A stretch of DNA of 64,000 bases. Origin: Escherichia phage slur07. The notes below the pieces were generated by a model, which saw only the letters and a list, made by a program, of their open reading frames with translations, was not told the DNA's origin and did no database searches. Each line of letters starts with the position of its first letter. The first letter of the stretch is position 1. The translations under genes were made by a program, and so were the position numbers. The stretch lies in the sequence record NC_028780.1. One strand, given 5' to 3'. Positions 28,241-37,406 of the stretch are shown here, one piece after another.

Positions 28241-28756
28241 ATGAATATTTGTTTAGGTACTACAATTCCGCAGGGTTACGTAATTGATGTCACTACCTGG
28301 GAAAATGATGGTGACAACTATAAAACTAAAACACTGTTTGGCGTAGAAGAGCATGAAATCTTACAATTCCAATATCTTTTAAAGAAGTTTAAAAGCAGAC
28401 ATTCTAGTACTAAAGCTGAACGTTATTGTGGTAATGGCTTGTTCAGCGAGCAATCGCTTTTTATTTATGAATACTTGGTTGAAGGACTGTTCTCAGAACA
28501 ACTTTATCCAGAATTCATTAAAAAGGTCTTTGACATAGAAGTTGACCTTGGTAATAAATCCGAAGAAGACGAAGAACGTGTATTTGACTTATTCTTTGTG
28601 AATGGTAATAAAGTGCTTGAAGGACTTATTAATATTTTAGGCAGTGCTTCTGAGTATTATGATTATGATTTTTTGCGTGTAGTTGAGAGTGTTAAATACT
28701 CTTATATAGAAAAAGAAATTGTTTTGCCGACCGTTAAAATGTTTAATTTGCTTTAA
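28241..28756 (+). CDS. hypothetical protein
   Basis: 171 aa from ATG 28241 (GTG at 28232 is an alternative start). Confidence 0.55.
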   Translation: MNICLGTTIPQGYVIDVTTWENDGDNYKTKTLFGVEEHEILQFQYLLKKFKSRHSSTKAERYCGNGLFSEQSLFIYEYLVEGLFSEQLYPEFIKKVFDIEVDLGNKSEEDEERVFDLFFVNGNKVLEGLINILGSASEYYDYDFLRVVESVKYSYIEKEIVLPTVKMFNLL

Positions 28757-28842
28757 GAATTATTTGTTATTATTAATTCATACCGCACTGATTAATACCC
28801 TCTATCATCAAGGGTTCTTGTTTGAGAGCCTTTGTTAATAAT

Positions 28843-28915
28843 TGGGAATTAGCCAAGTTGGTAAGGCACTGGATTTTGATTCCAGGATGCAAAGGTTCGA
28901 GTCCTTTATTCCCAG
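28843..28915 (+). tRNA. tRNA-Gln (anticodon UUG)
   Basis: Cloverleaf by eye: acceptor TGGGAAT/ATTCCCA, anticodon stem CTGGA/TCCAG with loop TTTTGAT, T-arm AGGTTCGAGTCCT. Confidence 0.75.
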
Positions 28916-28916
28916 C

Positions 28917-29003
28917 GCGAGAATGGTCAAATTGGTAAAGGCACAGCACTTAAAATGCTGCGGAATGATTTCCTTGTGGGTTCGAGTCCCACTTCTCGCA
29001 CCA
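28917..29003 (+). tRNA. tRNA-Leu (anticodon UAA), CCA encoded
   Basis: Acceptor GCGAGAA/TTCTCGC, anticodon loop CTTAAAA, long variable arm, T-arm GGGTTCGAGTCCC, 3' ACCA. Confidence 0.75.
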
Positions 29004-29008
29004 AATTT

Positions 29009-29082
<74 letters not shown>

Positions 29083-29128
29083 ATTTATGACTCGTCGTGA
29101 GACGCTCAGTTCTTTATTAGGGACTGAT

Positions 29129-29737
29129 ATGCATTTTTATCTTTATAAAATAACAAATAAAATTAATAATAAAATTTATATTGGTGTGCATTCTACCGAA
29201 AATTTAGATGATGGATATATGGGTTCTGGTAAATTATTAAAAAGAGCCCAAGATAAATATTGTATAGAAAATTTTTCTAAAGAAATATTAGAGTATTTTG
29301 ACGATAAAGAATCTATGCTTGAAGCCGAGAAAAATATTGTCACAGAAGAGTTTTTAAATAGACCAGATGTGTATAATTTAAAACTTGGAGGTGAAGGTGG
29401 ATGGGATCATATAAATAATTATCCTATGACAGATCAGCAACGCGAATTAATTTCATTGGGTGTTAAAAAGGCACATTCTAACGGAAAATTAAAAGGATGG
29501 TCTTCAAATGGATTAATGAAGAATGGCTTTGCTGGTAAAACTCATTCTCAAGAAGCTAAACGTAAAATAGCAAAAGCAAACGAAGCAAAAGTTTCTGCGG
29601 ATGAAAGAAAAAGAAGAATAGAAATTTCTAAATTATATGATTTTTCTAAACGTGGCGAATTGTCTAAATATGCTAAGCATATTGGCGTAAGTCATACTCA
29701 AGCAAAAAGAATTCTAAATCAAATTAACAATATATAA
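29129..29737 (+). CDS. segB: GIY-YIG homing endonuclease, SegB-like
   Basis: 202 aa from ATG 29129 (MHFYLYKITNKINNKIYIGVHST...GYMGSGKLL); GIY-YIG motifs; sits inside the tRNA cluster as T4 segB does. Confidence 0.8.
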   Translation: MHFYLYKITNKINNKIYIGVHSTENLDDGYMGSGKLLKRAQDKYCIENFSKEILEYFDDKESMLEAEKNIVTEEFLNRPDVYNLKLGGEGGWDHINNYPMTDQQRELISLGVKKAHSNGKLKGWSSNGLMKNGFAGKTHSQEAKRKIAKANEAKVSADERKRRIEISKLYDFSKRGELSKYAKHIGVSHTQAKRILNQINNI

Positions 29738-29740
29738 ATA
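29733..29740 (+). promoter_or_regulatory. TATAAATA motif immediately upstream of tRNA-Ser
   Basis: Exact late-promoter octamer at the segB 3' end, 4 nt before tRNA-Ser; could be chance in AT-rich DNA. Confidence 0.3.
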
Positions 29741-29743
29741 TTT

Positions 29744-29833
29744 GGAGGCGTGGCAGAGTGGTTTAATGCACCGGTCTTGAAAACCGGCAGTCGCTCCGGC
29801 GACTCATAGGTTCAAATCCTATCGCCTCCGCCA
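29744..29833 (+). tRNA. tRNA-Ser (anticodon UGA)
   Basis: Acceptor GGAGGCG/CGCCTCC, anticodon loop CTTGAAA, long variable arm, T-arm AGGTTCAAATCCT, 3' GCCA. Confidence 0.75.
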
Positions 29834-29839
29834 GTTTTT

Positions 29840-29915
29840 GCTGATTTAGCTCAGTAGGTAGAGCACCTCACTTGTAATGAGGACGTCGGCGGTTCGATTC
29901 CGTCAATCAGCACCA
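29840..29915 (+). tRNA. tRNA-Thr (anticodon UGU)
   Basis: Acceptor GCTGATT/AATCAGC, anticodon loop CTTGTAA, T-arm GGTTCGATTCC, 3' ACCA. Confidence 0.75.
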
Positions 29916-29916
29916 A

Positions 29917-29991
29917 GGCCCTGTAGCTGGAAGGTTCAAGCAAGCGACTCATAATCGCCAGATGGTGGTTCAATTCCACCCAGGGCCACCA
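29917..29991 (+). tRNA. tRNA with CAU anticodon (Ile2-type as in T4, or Met)
   Basis: Acceptor GGCCCTG/CAGGGCC, anticodon loop CTCATAA, T-arm GGTGGTTCAATTCCACC, 3' ACCA; D-arm pairing imperfect. Confidence 0.65.
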
Positions 29992-30003
29992 AATTATGAA
30001 TTA

Positions 30004-30090
30004 GGGGAGTTATCCCGTAGAGGTAGCGGTGTGGACTGTAAATTCATTGTCATTGCGACTCGGGTGGTTCGACTCCACCACTCCCCACCA
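30004..30090 (+). tRNA. tRNA-Tyr (anticodon GUA), class II with long variable arm
   Basis: Perfect 7-bp acceptor GGGGAGT/ACTCCCC, anticodon loop CTGTAAA, variable arm TGTCATTGCGACTCG, T-arm GGTGGTTCGACTCCACC, 3' ACCA; D stem and anticodon stem contain GU or mismatches. Confidence 0.6.
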
Positions 30091-30094
30091 ATTT

Positions 30095-30169
30095 GGATGT
30101 GTAGCTCAATGGCAGAGCGATCGCCTGTTAAGCGATTGGTTATAGGTTCGAATCCTATCACGTCCGCCA
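30095..30169 (+). tRNA. tRNA-Asn (anticodon GUU)
   Basis: Acceptor GGATGTG/CACGTCC, D-arm GCTCAATGGCAGAGC, anticodon stem ATCGC/GCGAT with loop CTGTTAA, T-arm ATAGGTTCGAATCCTAT, 3' GCCA. Confidence 0.7.
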
Positions 30170-30173
30170 AATA

Positions 30174-30249
30174 CGAGGCATAGCTCAGAAGGAAGAGCAA
30201 GGACCTTCTAAGTCCTGGGTCGTAGGTTCGATCCCTACTGCCTCGACCA
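30174..30249 (+). tRNA. tRNA-Arg (anticodon UCU)
   Basis: Acceptor CGAGGCA/TGCCTCG, D-arm GCTCAGAAGGAAGAGC, anticodon stem AGGAC/GTCCT with loop CTTCTAA, T-arm GTAGGTTCGATCCCTAC, 3' ACCA. Confidence 0.75.
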
Positions 30250-30560
30250 GACAAGAAGCCGGGTCGCTACCGGCAAGTCGTCGGACTGATGTTCCCTGTT
30301 TAAGGACTGGCATTAATAAATCTTTATGTTTTGTTAATGCCCCCTTATATCACAGCAGAAACGGCGCACCGAATTATCGATTCGAGGAAATATCTTTGCC
30401 ATAAGCCGAGTAGCGTTTTTGACGGAACGTTCGGATATGGTCGAGATATGGCCTTTTAAAAATATTGAGTAGCGTCAACTACTTAATAACCGGGTTCGAA
30501 TCCCGGCGTTTCGTACAAACACTTGCCTTAGCAGGTGGAACCCCGACAAGGTTGCCGCAA
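30250..30560 (+). ncRNA. candidate stable small RNA(s) with tRNA-like T-arm (compare T4 species 1/2 RNAs)
   Basis: 310-nt non-coding stretch after tRNA-Arg with several hairpins (GCCGG..CCGGC at 30258-30274; GGCATTAA..TTAATGCC at 30309-30341) and a T-arm-like CCGGGTTCGAATCCCGG at 30490-30506; ends at terminator 30566-30593. Confidence 0.3.
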
Positions 30561-30565
30561 GGCTT

Positions 30566-30593
30566 AGCCCCGACCGAAAGGTTGGGGCTTTTT
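30566..30593 (+). terminator. rho-independent terminator at the end of the tRNA/stable-RNA cluster
   Basis: AGCCCCGACC-GAAA-GGTTGGGGCT + TTTT. Confidence 0.65.
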
Positions 30594-30595
30594 AG

Positions 30596-30603
30596 TATAA
30601 ATA
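30596..30603 (+). promoter_or_regulatory. T4-type late promoter for CTS internal-protein gene
   Basis: Exact TATAAATA 41 nt upstream of ATG 30644; late expression fits a capsid-packaged protein. Confidence 0.5.
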
Positions 30604-30643
30604 TAGTAGTATATTAAATCCACGAATTAAAACAGGAAATAAG

Positions 30644-31117
30644 ATGAAATCATATGCTCAATTTTTAAATGAAGCGGTGTTAAATGAAGCATCTAGCACC
30701 GAAATTCAAGCTGTCGCAAAAGCAGCCATTGCAGCGGGTAAATATTCCTATAAAGATGCTTCTGACGAATCACGATTCCAATTTGCTCGCGACATGAAAG
30801 CAGAAGGATTTACGGGAAATGCAGTTAGTATGGCCTGGAAAAGTTTAGTTGCTACTGGCGCTGCTTTTGCAAAGGCTTCGGGTAAACCTGCTCCTAAAGC
30901 AGATCCTAAAGTCACACAAGAGAAAAATATCGTTAAAGGAATTATCTCCAGATATGAAGCTATCCTTAAAGAGCTTTTAGTAATCAAAACTGAAGGTCAA
31001 AAGTTAGCTCGTGCTTATAGTTTCAAAGATAATCCACATGCTCATGACCTAGAGTATGTTGAAGACATCCAAAAAATTATTAAAGACCGCATTTGGTCTG
31101 CTAAACAAATCAAATAA
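30644..31117 (+). CDS. internal protein with capsid targeting sequence (CTS)
   Basis: 157 aa, MKSYAQFLNEAVLNEA... (CTS-like MK.Y..F..E); SD AGGAAA; late promoter TATAAATA 30596-30603 upstream; flanked by near-identical terminators. Confidence 0.7.
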   Translation: MKSYAQFLNEAVLNEASSTEIQAVAKAAIAAGKYSYKDASDESRFQFARDMKAEGFTGNAVSMAWKSLVATGAAFAKASGKPAPKADPKVTQEKNIVKGIISRYEAILKELLVIKTEGQKLARAYSFKDNPHAHDLEYVEDIQKIIKDRIWSAKQIK

Positions 31118-31124
31118 CATTCTT

Positions 31125-31152
31125 AGCCCCGACCAAAAGGTTGGGGCTTTTT
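31125..31152 (+). terminator. rho-independent terminator (near-identical copy of 30566-30593)
   Basis: AGCCCCGACC-AAAA-GGTTGGGGCT + TTTTT. Confidence 0.65.
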
Positions 31153-31271
31153 GGTATCTAGGCCTTTCCGGGCCTCTCTAGGCATCATTTAGTTTATACC
31201 CTTTATAATATATTATCCTACCTTTTAATTGCCCCTCCTGACCCTAGAATTCCCTAAAACTTTTTAAAAAT

Positions 31272-31328
31272 TTTTTCACAAAACTGTTTACATCCCTGTT
31301 CTTCCATGGTACTATACAACTATCAACT
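31272..31328 (+). repeat. promoter-module repeat, copy A (21 + 23 nt identical blocks)
   Basis: TTTTTCACAAAACTGTTTACA (31272-31292) and ATGGTACTATACAACTATCAACT (31306-31328) are identical to 46802-46822 and 46836-46858; only the 13-nt spacer differs. Confidence 0.75.
31286..31315 (+). promoter_or_regulatory. early promoter, GTTTAC / 18 bp / TACTAT
   Basis: GTTTAC 31286-31291, TACTAT 31310-31315; flanking sequence near-identical to the promoter at 46816. Confidence 0.65.
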
Positions 31329-31359
31329 ACTGATACAGAAAAACAACTTGGAGAATGAA

Positions 31360-31623
31360 ATGGATAATTACGGCGAACTGTTCAACTTCTTTATGAAATG
31401 CGTTTCAGAAGATTTCGGTCGTACAGTGAATGATATTAAAGTTATCGGTCCTGACCATCCGATGTTTGAAACCTACGCAGTAATGGGTAATGAAGATGGT
31501 CAGTGGTATACTGTAAAAGTTGTGATTAATATGTTCACAGCTGAAAGTTATGTTAAACTGTCTTCTAAAGTTTACCACGATAACGACGAAATCGCAGAAG
31601 AATATTTCAATAATATGAAATAA
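31360..31623 (+). CDS. hypothetical protein
   Basis: 87 aa from ATG 31360 with SD GGAG; own early promoter 31286-31315; track ORF start 31306 lies inside the promoter -10. Confidence 0.55.
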   Translation: MDNYGELFNFFMKCVSEDFGRTVNDIKVIGPDHPMFETYAVMGNEDGQWYTVKVVINMFTAESYVKLSSKVYHDNDEIAEEYFNNMK

Positions 31624-31653
31624 GTTTACACAGGCTCATGATTGAGATATTAT
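31624..31653 (+). promoter_or_regulatory. early promoter, GTTTAC / 18 bp / TATTAT, overlapped by a 9-bp-arm palindrome
   Basis: GTTTAC 31624-31629, TATTAT 31648-31653; palindrome CAGGCTCAT(31631-31639)...ATGAGCCTG(31652-31660). Confidence 0.6.
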
Positions 31654-31678
31654 GAGCCTGTAACTTGAGGAGAACATT

Positions 31679-32014
31679 ATGAAACGTAACTTTAGTAAAG
31701 CTTTTTGTAATCGAAATTATTATCCCGAAGAGCTTTTTGAATCTAAGGAATTTAAAGAGTTTAACGAACGTTCTCAAAACATGCCTGTACAGTGGGTATT
31801 GGATTATGCTAACCGTATCTTTGAAGGTGTACGTTTCGTTGGCCCTGATGATGAAGCTCCTTATTTTAAAAAGGCTTGGGAACTTGCTAACCAAGCATAT
31901 ATCAATGCTTTAGAATCTTCTAAAGGCACTGACGATGATTTTACTTTATTGGCTATCAATGATGCCGTTATCGAGGCCATTGACGTCTTTATCGATGAGA
32001 TAGACGAAGAATAA
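31679..32014 (+). CDS. hypothetical acidic protein
   Basis: 111 aa, SD GAGGAG; acidic C-terminus (DVFIDEIDEE); own early promoter 31624-31653. Confidence 0.55.
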   Translation: MKRNFSKAFCNRNYYPEELFESKEFKEFNERSQNMPVQWVLDYANRIFEGVRFVGPDDEAPYFKKAWELANQAYINALESSKGTDDDFTLLAINDAVIEAIDVFIDEIDEE

Positions 32015-32039
32015 GTTTACAATCTATTAAAAACGTGAT
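32010..32039 (+). promoter_or_regulatory. early promoter, GTTTAC / 18 bp / TATTAT
   Basis: GTTTAC 32010-32015, TATTAT 32034-32039. Confidence 0.6.
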
Positions 32040-32071
32040 ATTATCTAATTGTATCAACCTAAGGAAATACT

Positions 32072-32665
32072 ATGAACACACTGAAGAAAATTGTTGAGTT
32101 TATTCGCACTAAACTTGGTTCTGCTATGGCTAAAAATTTATCTGTCGAAGAACAGTATACTGCTGCAGCAGCAAAACTACTTGATAAAATTAAAGATCTA
32201 AAAACTGCTTCTGTTAAATCTATTAATGAAGAAAAACGTATTCGTGAACTTATTGTCGAAAAGAATCGACAAGCCGAATCAAAAGAGCGTGAAATTCGTA
32301 AACTTCTTTCCGAAGGTCAAGATGTAACAATGCATGCTAAACTCGGTTTACTATATCGTCGAACGGCTGAGCAGTTGACTACTAAAGCTGACGGTTATGC
32401 TGAAATGCGAATTGAAATCGCCAAGAAAGTAGTTGAGTTAGATGATGCTCGTCAAGAACTTGCAGTTAAATTGGAATATATCCGTGAAACTCGTGCAGCA
32501 AATGCCCTTGGAATTAGTACTGCAGATGATGTAGTTGAAATTGCAGCGCTGACTAAGGTTGATATTGAAGATACCCTTGCTCGAGTTGAAACCTTTAACG
32601 GTAATATTTCCGGGGTTGAAACTACCTCTGCCGATGTTCAGGAATACATTAATTCTCTGAAATAA
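32072..32665 (+). CDS. coiled-coil protein, possibly PspA/IM30-like
   Basis: 197 aa, almost entirely heptad-rich helix; N-terminal amphipathic segment; C-terminal [15 protein letters not shown] resembles the PspA ARFESFERR region (recall only). Confidence 0.5.
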   Translation: MNTLKKIVEFIRTKLGSAMAKNLSVEEQYTAAAAKLLDKIKDLKTASVKSINEEKRIRELIVEKNRQAESKEREIRKLLSEGQDVTMHAKLGLLYRRTAEQLTTKADGYAEMRIEIAKKVVELDDARQELAVKLEYIRETRAANALGISTADDVVEIAALTKVDIEDTLARVETFNGNISGVETTSADVQEYINSLK

Positions 32666-32670
32666 TGATA

Positions 32671-32686
32671 AGGGGCTTCGGCCCCT
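32671..32686 (+). terminator. UUCG-loop hairpin
   Basis: AGGGGC-TTCG-GCCCCT after the 32072-32665 gene; weak T-run. Confidence 0.45.
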
Positions 32687-32706
32687 ATTACTTGGAGTAA
32701 ATAGGA

Positions 32707-33312
32707 ATGAAAATGCAAAGTGATTTCAATTCAATGTTTGAAGAGTTCCAAAGACAAGTTGATGTTCCAGACCAATTACTAAATGCTCTTAAACGCATGG
32801 CAGAAGGACGTAATTACTATTGGAGCTCTTCATATGAAACTGATGAAAGTCTTTCTGGATTTTATAAAGGTAAAAAGTCTTTAATACGTCCTGGAATACT
32901 CATTAAAAGTATTGAATCAATTCATTCATTGACATGTGATTTTGATGTTGAATTTACTGATTTCATTTCTCCTGAATGGACAGTTTGTTATTTAAATGAC
33001 GATTATGATTATCTTGGCGTTTATAGTTTAAGTGACGCATGGTTTAAACGTAATTTACAAAAGTCAAATTTGTTCTATATTGATACTACGGTAAAATTTC
33101 AGGGAAAGAAATATTTCTTTACTCTTATAGTTGATTCTGAAACAAAACATGAAAATAAACGTATTCTTAGTAAAAAGAATATCTTGACTATTGTTGATGA
33201 TCTTTTTGATAAATTCGTGGAAAATCCCAATTTTGAAAGCGATTTATTATTAGAAAAATTTGTTAAGGAATGTAGAGAATATGTTAAAGCCATCACTATA
33301 CCTTCCAAGTAA
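32707..33312 (+). CDS. hypothetical protein
   Basis: 201 aa ORF with SD GGAG upstream. Confidence 0.55.
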   Translation: MKMQSDFNSMFEEFQRQVDVPDQLLNALKRMAEGRNYYWSSSYETDESLSGFYKGKKSLIRPGILIKSIESIHSLTCDFDVEFTDFISPEWTVCYLNDDYDYLGVYSLSDAWFKRNLQKSNLFYIDTTVKFQGKKYFFTLIVDSETKHENKRILSKKNILTIVDDLFDKFVENPNFESDLLLEKFVKECREYVKAITIPSK

Positions 33313-33673
33313 ACCTGTGAAGTATGAATTAAAGCGCCAGCTAATTCCTACTGATGTATTAATAGGTCCTGTGACAGCTATATCATTTGTAATTCTATTG
33401 ATTGTTGGAATGGTTATAGACTTTATGACTGATATTGAATCTGGCGTAATATTTTTGTTAGTATTAATTCTTCCATTAGTAGTTCCATTTTTATTGGTAC
33501 CTGTAAATTGGGTAGGATATTGGTATCAAGGAAGGCATTATCGTAAACGTGTACGTGAATGGAAAGCTCAGTGTAAAAAGATCAAAAAGGAACACCAGCT
33601 TAAACTAAATATGTATGAATTTAATGAAATTATGAAATTTGTTAAGGAATCACGATGCAAAAGCCAAAACTAA
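33281..33673 (+). CDS. small membrane protein (paralog 1 of 3)
   Basis: 130 aa from ATG 33281; two hydrophobic helices; C-terminal FVKESRCKS-type motif shared with the next two genes. Confidence 0.5.
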   Translation: MLKPSLYLPSKPVKYELKRQLIPTDVLIGPVTAISFVILLIVGMVIDFMTDIESGVIFLLVLILPLVVPFLLVPVNWVGYWYQGRHYRKRVREWKAQCKKIKKEHQLKLNMYEFNEIMKFVKESRCKSQN

Positions 33674-34029
33674 ATAAAGTCAAATATTCTTTTTCTGAGT
33701 CATTTTTAATTTTTGCTGTGGCGTTGGCTGCAGCTCTTGCTGGTAGTCTTATTGGATTAACGATTGACTGTATTATTTTAAACATCCGCAGTAACGTCAG
33801 CGGTATAGTAGATATAATAGAAGTTTGGAGTGAACTTCATTATACTATAGCAATTTCATTATTTTCATTCTTTGGTATTATTTTATATTTTCATTATGAT
33901 AATTTTAAAATAAATTGGCAAAGAAAAAAGGATTACAAAATACAATTAAAAGAATATAATAACTACATATCTTATATTGAAAATGAATCAATGAAAGAGT
34001 TTGTGAGTGATTGCAGGAAAATCAAATGA
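33655..34029 (+). CDS. small membrane protein (paralog 2 of 3)
   Basis: 124 aa; two TM helices; C-terminus EFVSDCRKIK; SD AAGGA. Confidence 0.55.
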   Translation: MQKPKLNKVKYSFSESFLIFAVALAAALAGSLIGLTIDCIILNIRSNVSGIVDIIEVWSELHYTIAISLFSFFGIILYFHYDNFKINWQRKKDYKIQLKEYNNYISYIENESMKEFVSDCRKIK

Positions 34030-34510
34030 TTTTAAAAACTCGCTGGTATGATTTAGATGATGGGGACGATGGCATTTCAGTCGATAGAGTTGACTGGAGC
34101 GGCTGTTCTGAAGATACAAAGAAACGATTAATTAGGGAGTTTAGAATGGGATATCAAGCAGTTAAGCCATCTACTGTAACAGATGATAAATTCGTGTGTA
34201 TTCAAAATGGTCGTGCTAAGTTAACGAACGCTGATTGGTTCACAGATAAGAAGGTTATTCTGTGGTATATTATTAGTTTTCCTGTGACATCATTTGTATT
34301 TTGCTTCTTTGGAGAAAGTCCAGTAGGCAGAACGGAAGATTGGATTCTTTTAATTATACTTGTTAATATTTTTACAGCAGCAGTACTATCAGGAATATGG
34401 TGCGTGTTCATTGAAATGCCATGGCGTTTACGCAGACAGCAAAAGATTTATGATGAAAAGAAATATGCTCAAAATTTAAATAGCTTTATCACTGAATGCA
34501 GGAAATTAAA

Positions 34511-34514
<4 letters not shown>
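34026..34514 (+). CDS. membrane protein (paralog 3 of 3)
   Basis: 162 aa from ATG 34026 (ATGA overlap); two TM helices; C-terminus SFITECRKLK. Confidence 0.55.
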
Positions 34515-35755
<1,241 letters not shown>

Positions 35756-35756
35756 T

Positions 35757-35786
35757 GTTTACTTCCTCCAAGGACTTTGATACTAT
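35757..35786 (+). promoter_or_regulatory. early promoter for denV, GTTTAC / 18 bp / TACTAT
   Basis: GTTTAC 35757-35762, TACTAT 35781-35786. Confidence 0.65.
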
Positions 35787-35813
35787 ACATTCATCAACTA
35801 CTTGGAGGAAATT

Positions 35814-36230
35814 ATGACTCGTATCAATTTAACACTTGTTTCTGAACTGACCGACCAACATCTTATGGCTGAGTATCGTGAATTGCCGCGTGTTTTTGGT
35901 ATAGTTCGTAAACATGCGGCAAATGGTAAGCGGGTTAAAGATTTTAAAATATCTTCCGAGTTTATTTTAGGCTCTGGTCATGTTACGTTCTTTTACGATA
36001 AGTTAGAATTTTTGCGAAAGCGTCAATCAGACATTATAACGGAATGCTTAAAACGTGGGTTTAGTATAAAAGATACTGAAGTTCCTGACATCAGCGATAT
36101 TCCAGCAGAATGGAAAAATGATTATAATCCATGCAAATCAGCTATTAAATTGAGTCAACAACGACTCGATGAAAAAATTTTAATGAAGCCACACTGGTAC
36201 AAGTATTACGGCAAAAATATTTACATTTAA
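35814..36230 (+). CDS. denV: endonuclease V (pyrimidine-dimer DNA glycosylase)
   Basis: 138 aa from ATG 35814 with SD GGAGGAA: [29 protein letters not shown]..., matches T4 endo V; early promoter 35757-35786. Confidence 0.93.
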   Translation: MTRINLTLVSELTDQHLMAEYRELPRVFGIVRKHAANGKRVKDFKISSEFILGSGHVTFFYDKLEFLRKRQSDIITECLKRGFSIKDTEVPDISDIPAEWKNDYNPCKSAIKLSQQRLDEKILMKPHWYKYYGKNIYI

Positions 36231-36239
36231 AGGAAACAT

Positions 36240-36713
36240 ATGAAAACATATCAAGAATTTATTACTGAAGCAGCTATTAATTCTCAAATTATTGCTGAAT
36301 CTTTTACTGATCTTTTGAAATTTAAAAAAGGTCAAAAAATCACTGCTGTATTGGATGATGGTACAGAAGTTGAGATGGATGTACAGGGATATAATTATGC
36401 AGTAGATGGAAAACTGTATAATAAATCTCATGCTAAATTTGATTCATTTGACGACTTTGTTAATACAGTTGAAGATGAAAAAACTCGTAGATCCATTGCA
36501 ACTGGTGATGCTAAGGTTCTTATGGCACACGGCCATGAACGCATTCGCGCTAAGCAGAATAAAATGGGCGAAGATAATTTCGCATTAGTTGGTTATCAAT
36601 CTGGTAAACAAACTTATGGTTATCAGCGTACTGCTACCATGTATAACAAAAATGGTAAAATCGCTTTCGTGAATAGTAAAGGTTCTGTTCAGTACGTCAA
36701 ATCATTCAAATAA
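36240..36713 (+). CDS. internal protein with capsid targeting sequence (CTS)
   Basis: 157 aa MKTYQEFITEAAINSQIIAE...; SD AAAGGAAA. Confidence 0.7.
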   Translation: MKTYQEFITEAAINSQIIAESFTDLLKFKKGQKITAVLDDGTEVEMDVQGYNYAVDGKLYNKSHAKFDSFDDFVNTVEDEKTRRSIATGDAKVLMAHGHERIRAKQNKMGEDNFALVGYQSGKQTYGYQRTATMYNKNGKIAFVNSKGSVQYVKSFK

Positions 36714-36866
36714 GCAAATAAGAAATATGGGAACAAGCTGGACCTCATGATTCTATGAGGGATTCCCGCCAACCTGTAATAAGGTCGAGCCCAAGTGCGG
36801 TAATGGGTAAATACAGAAATGGAAAATTCATGCGCCATGGAATGGCCCAAATTTAGAGAGAATAAA

Positions 36867-37406
36867 ATGAGAACATTTTTAACTGGTCCTTATCTATCCC
36901 TGATGAATGCTTTTACACACCATTCTGATGCTAGAGTAGAAGAAATTTGTAAAAACGATTATATCCCACCATTTGAAGACTTACTCAAGCAGTATTGCAC
37001 ACTTCGATTAGATGGTGGCAGACAATCCGGTAAATCAACTGCTGTGACTAACTTTGCTGCTAATTGGCTGTATGATGGTGGAACAGTTATTGTTCTTTCT
37101 AATACTTCAGCTTACGCTAAAATTTCTGCGGGCCACATTAAAAAAGAATTTTCTCGTTATTCTAGCGATGATATTCGATTCCGCTTATTTACCGATTCTG
37201 TCCGTAGTTTTATCGGTAATAAAGGAAGCAAGTTCAGAGGTTTATCGCTTTCGCGGATTTTGTATATAATCGATGAGCCTGTTAAATCTCCTGATATGGA
37301 TAAAATTTACGATATTCATATTGAAACTGTGCACCACTGTTGCAATAGTAAATGCTGCATTGGTGGTATTACTCGTCCACAGTTTTTCATAATCGGAATA
37401 CAATGA
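36867..37406 (+). CDS. small P-loop NTPase
   Basis: 179 aa from ATG 36867 with SD GAGAG; Walker A GGRQSGKST, Walker B-like ILYIIDEP. Confidence 0.55.
   Translation: MRTFLTGPYLSLMNAFTHHSDARVEEICKNDYIPPFEDLLKQYCTLRLDGGRQSGKSTAVTNFAANWLYDGGTVIVLSNTSAYAKISAGHIKKEFSRYSSDDIRFRLFTDSVRSFIGNKGSKFRGLSLSRILYIIDEPVKSPDMDKIYDIHIETVHHCCNSKCCIGGITRPQFFIIGIQ

Noticed and set aside
29962-30254. Track ORFs 29962-30183 (+) and 29994-30254 (-) overlapping the second tRNA group
   Set aside because: Same reason: the interval is fully accounted for by tRNA-Ile(CAU), Tyr, Asn and Arg.
36714-36866. 150-bp non-coding gap containing the inverted repeat CCTCAT-GATTCT-ATGAGG between the internal-protein gene and the P-loop NTPase gene
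   Set aside because: A single 6-bp-arm hairpin without promoter or terminator hallmarks; too little signal to call a regulatory element or small RNA.
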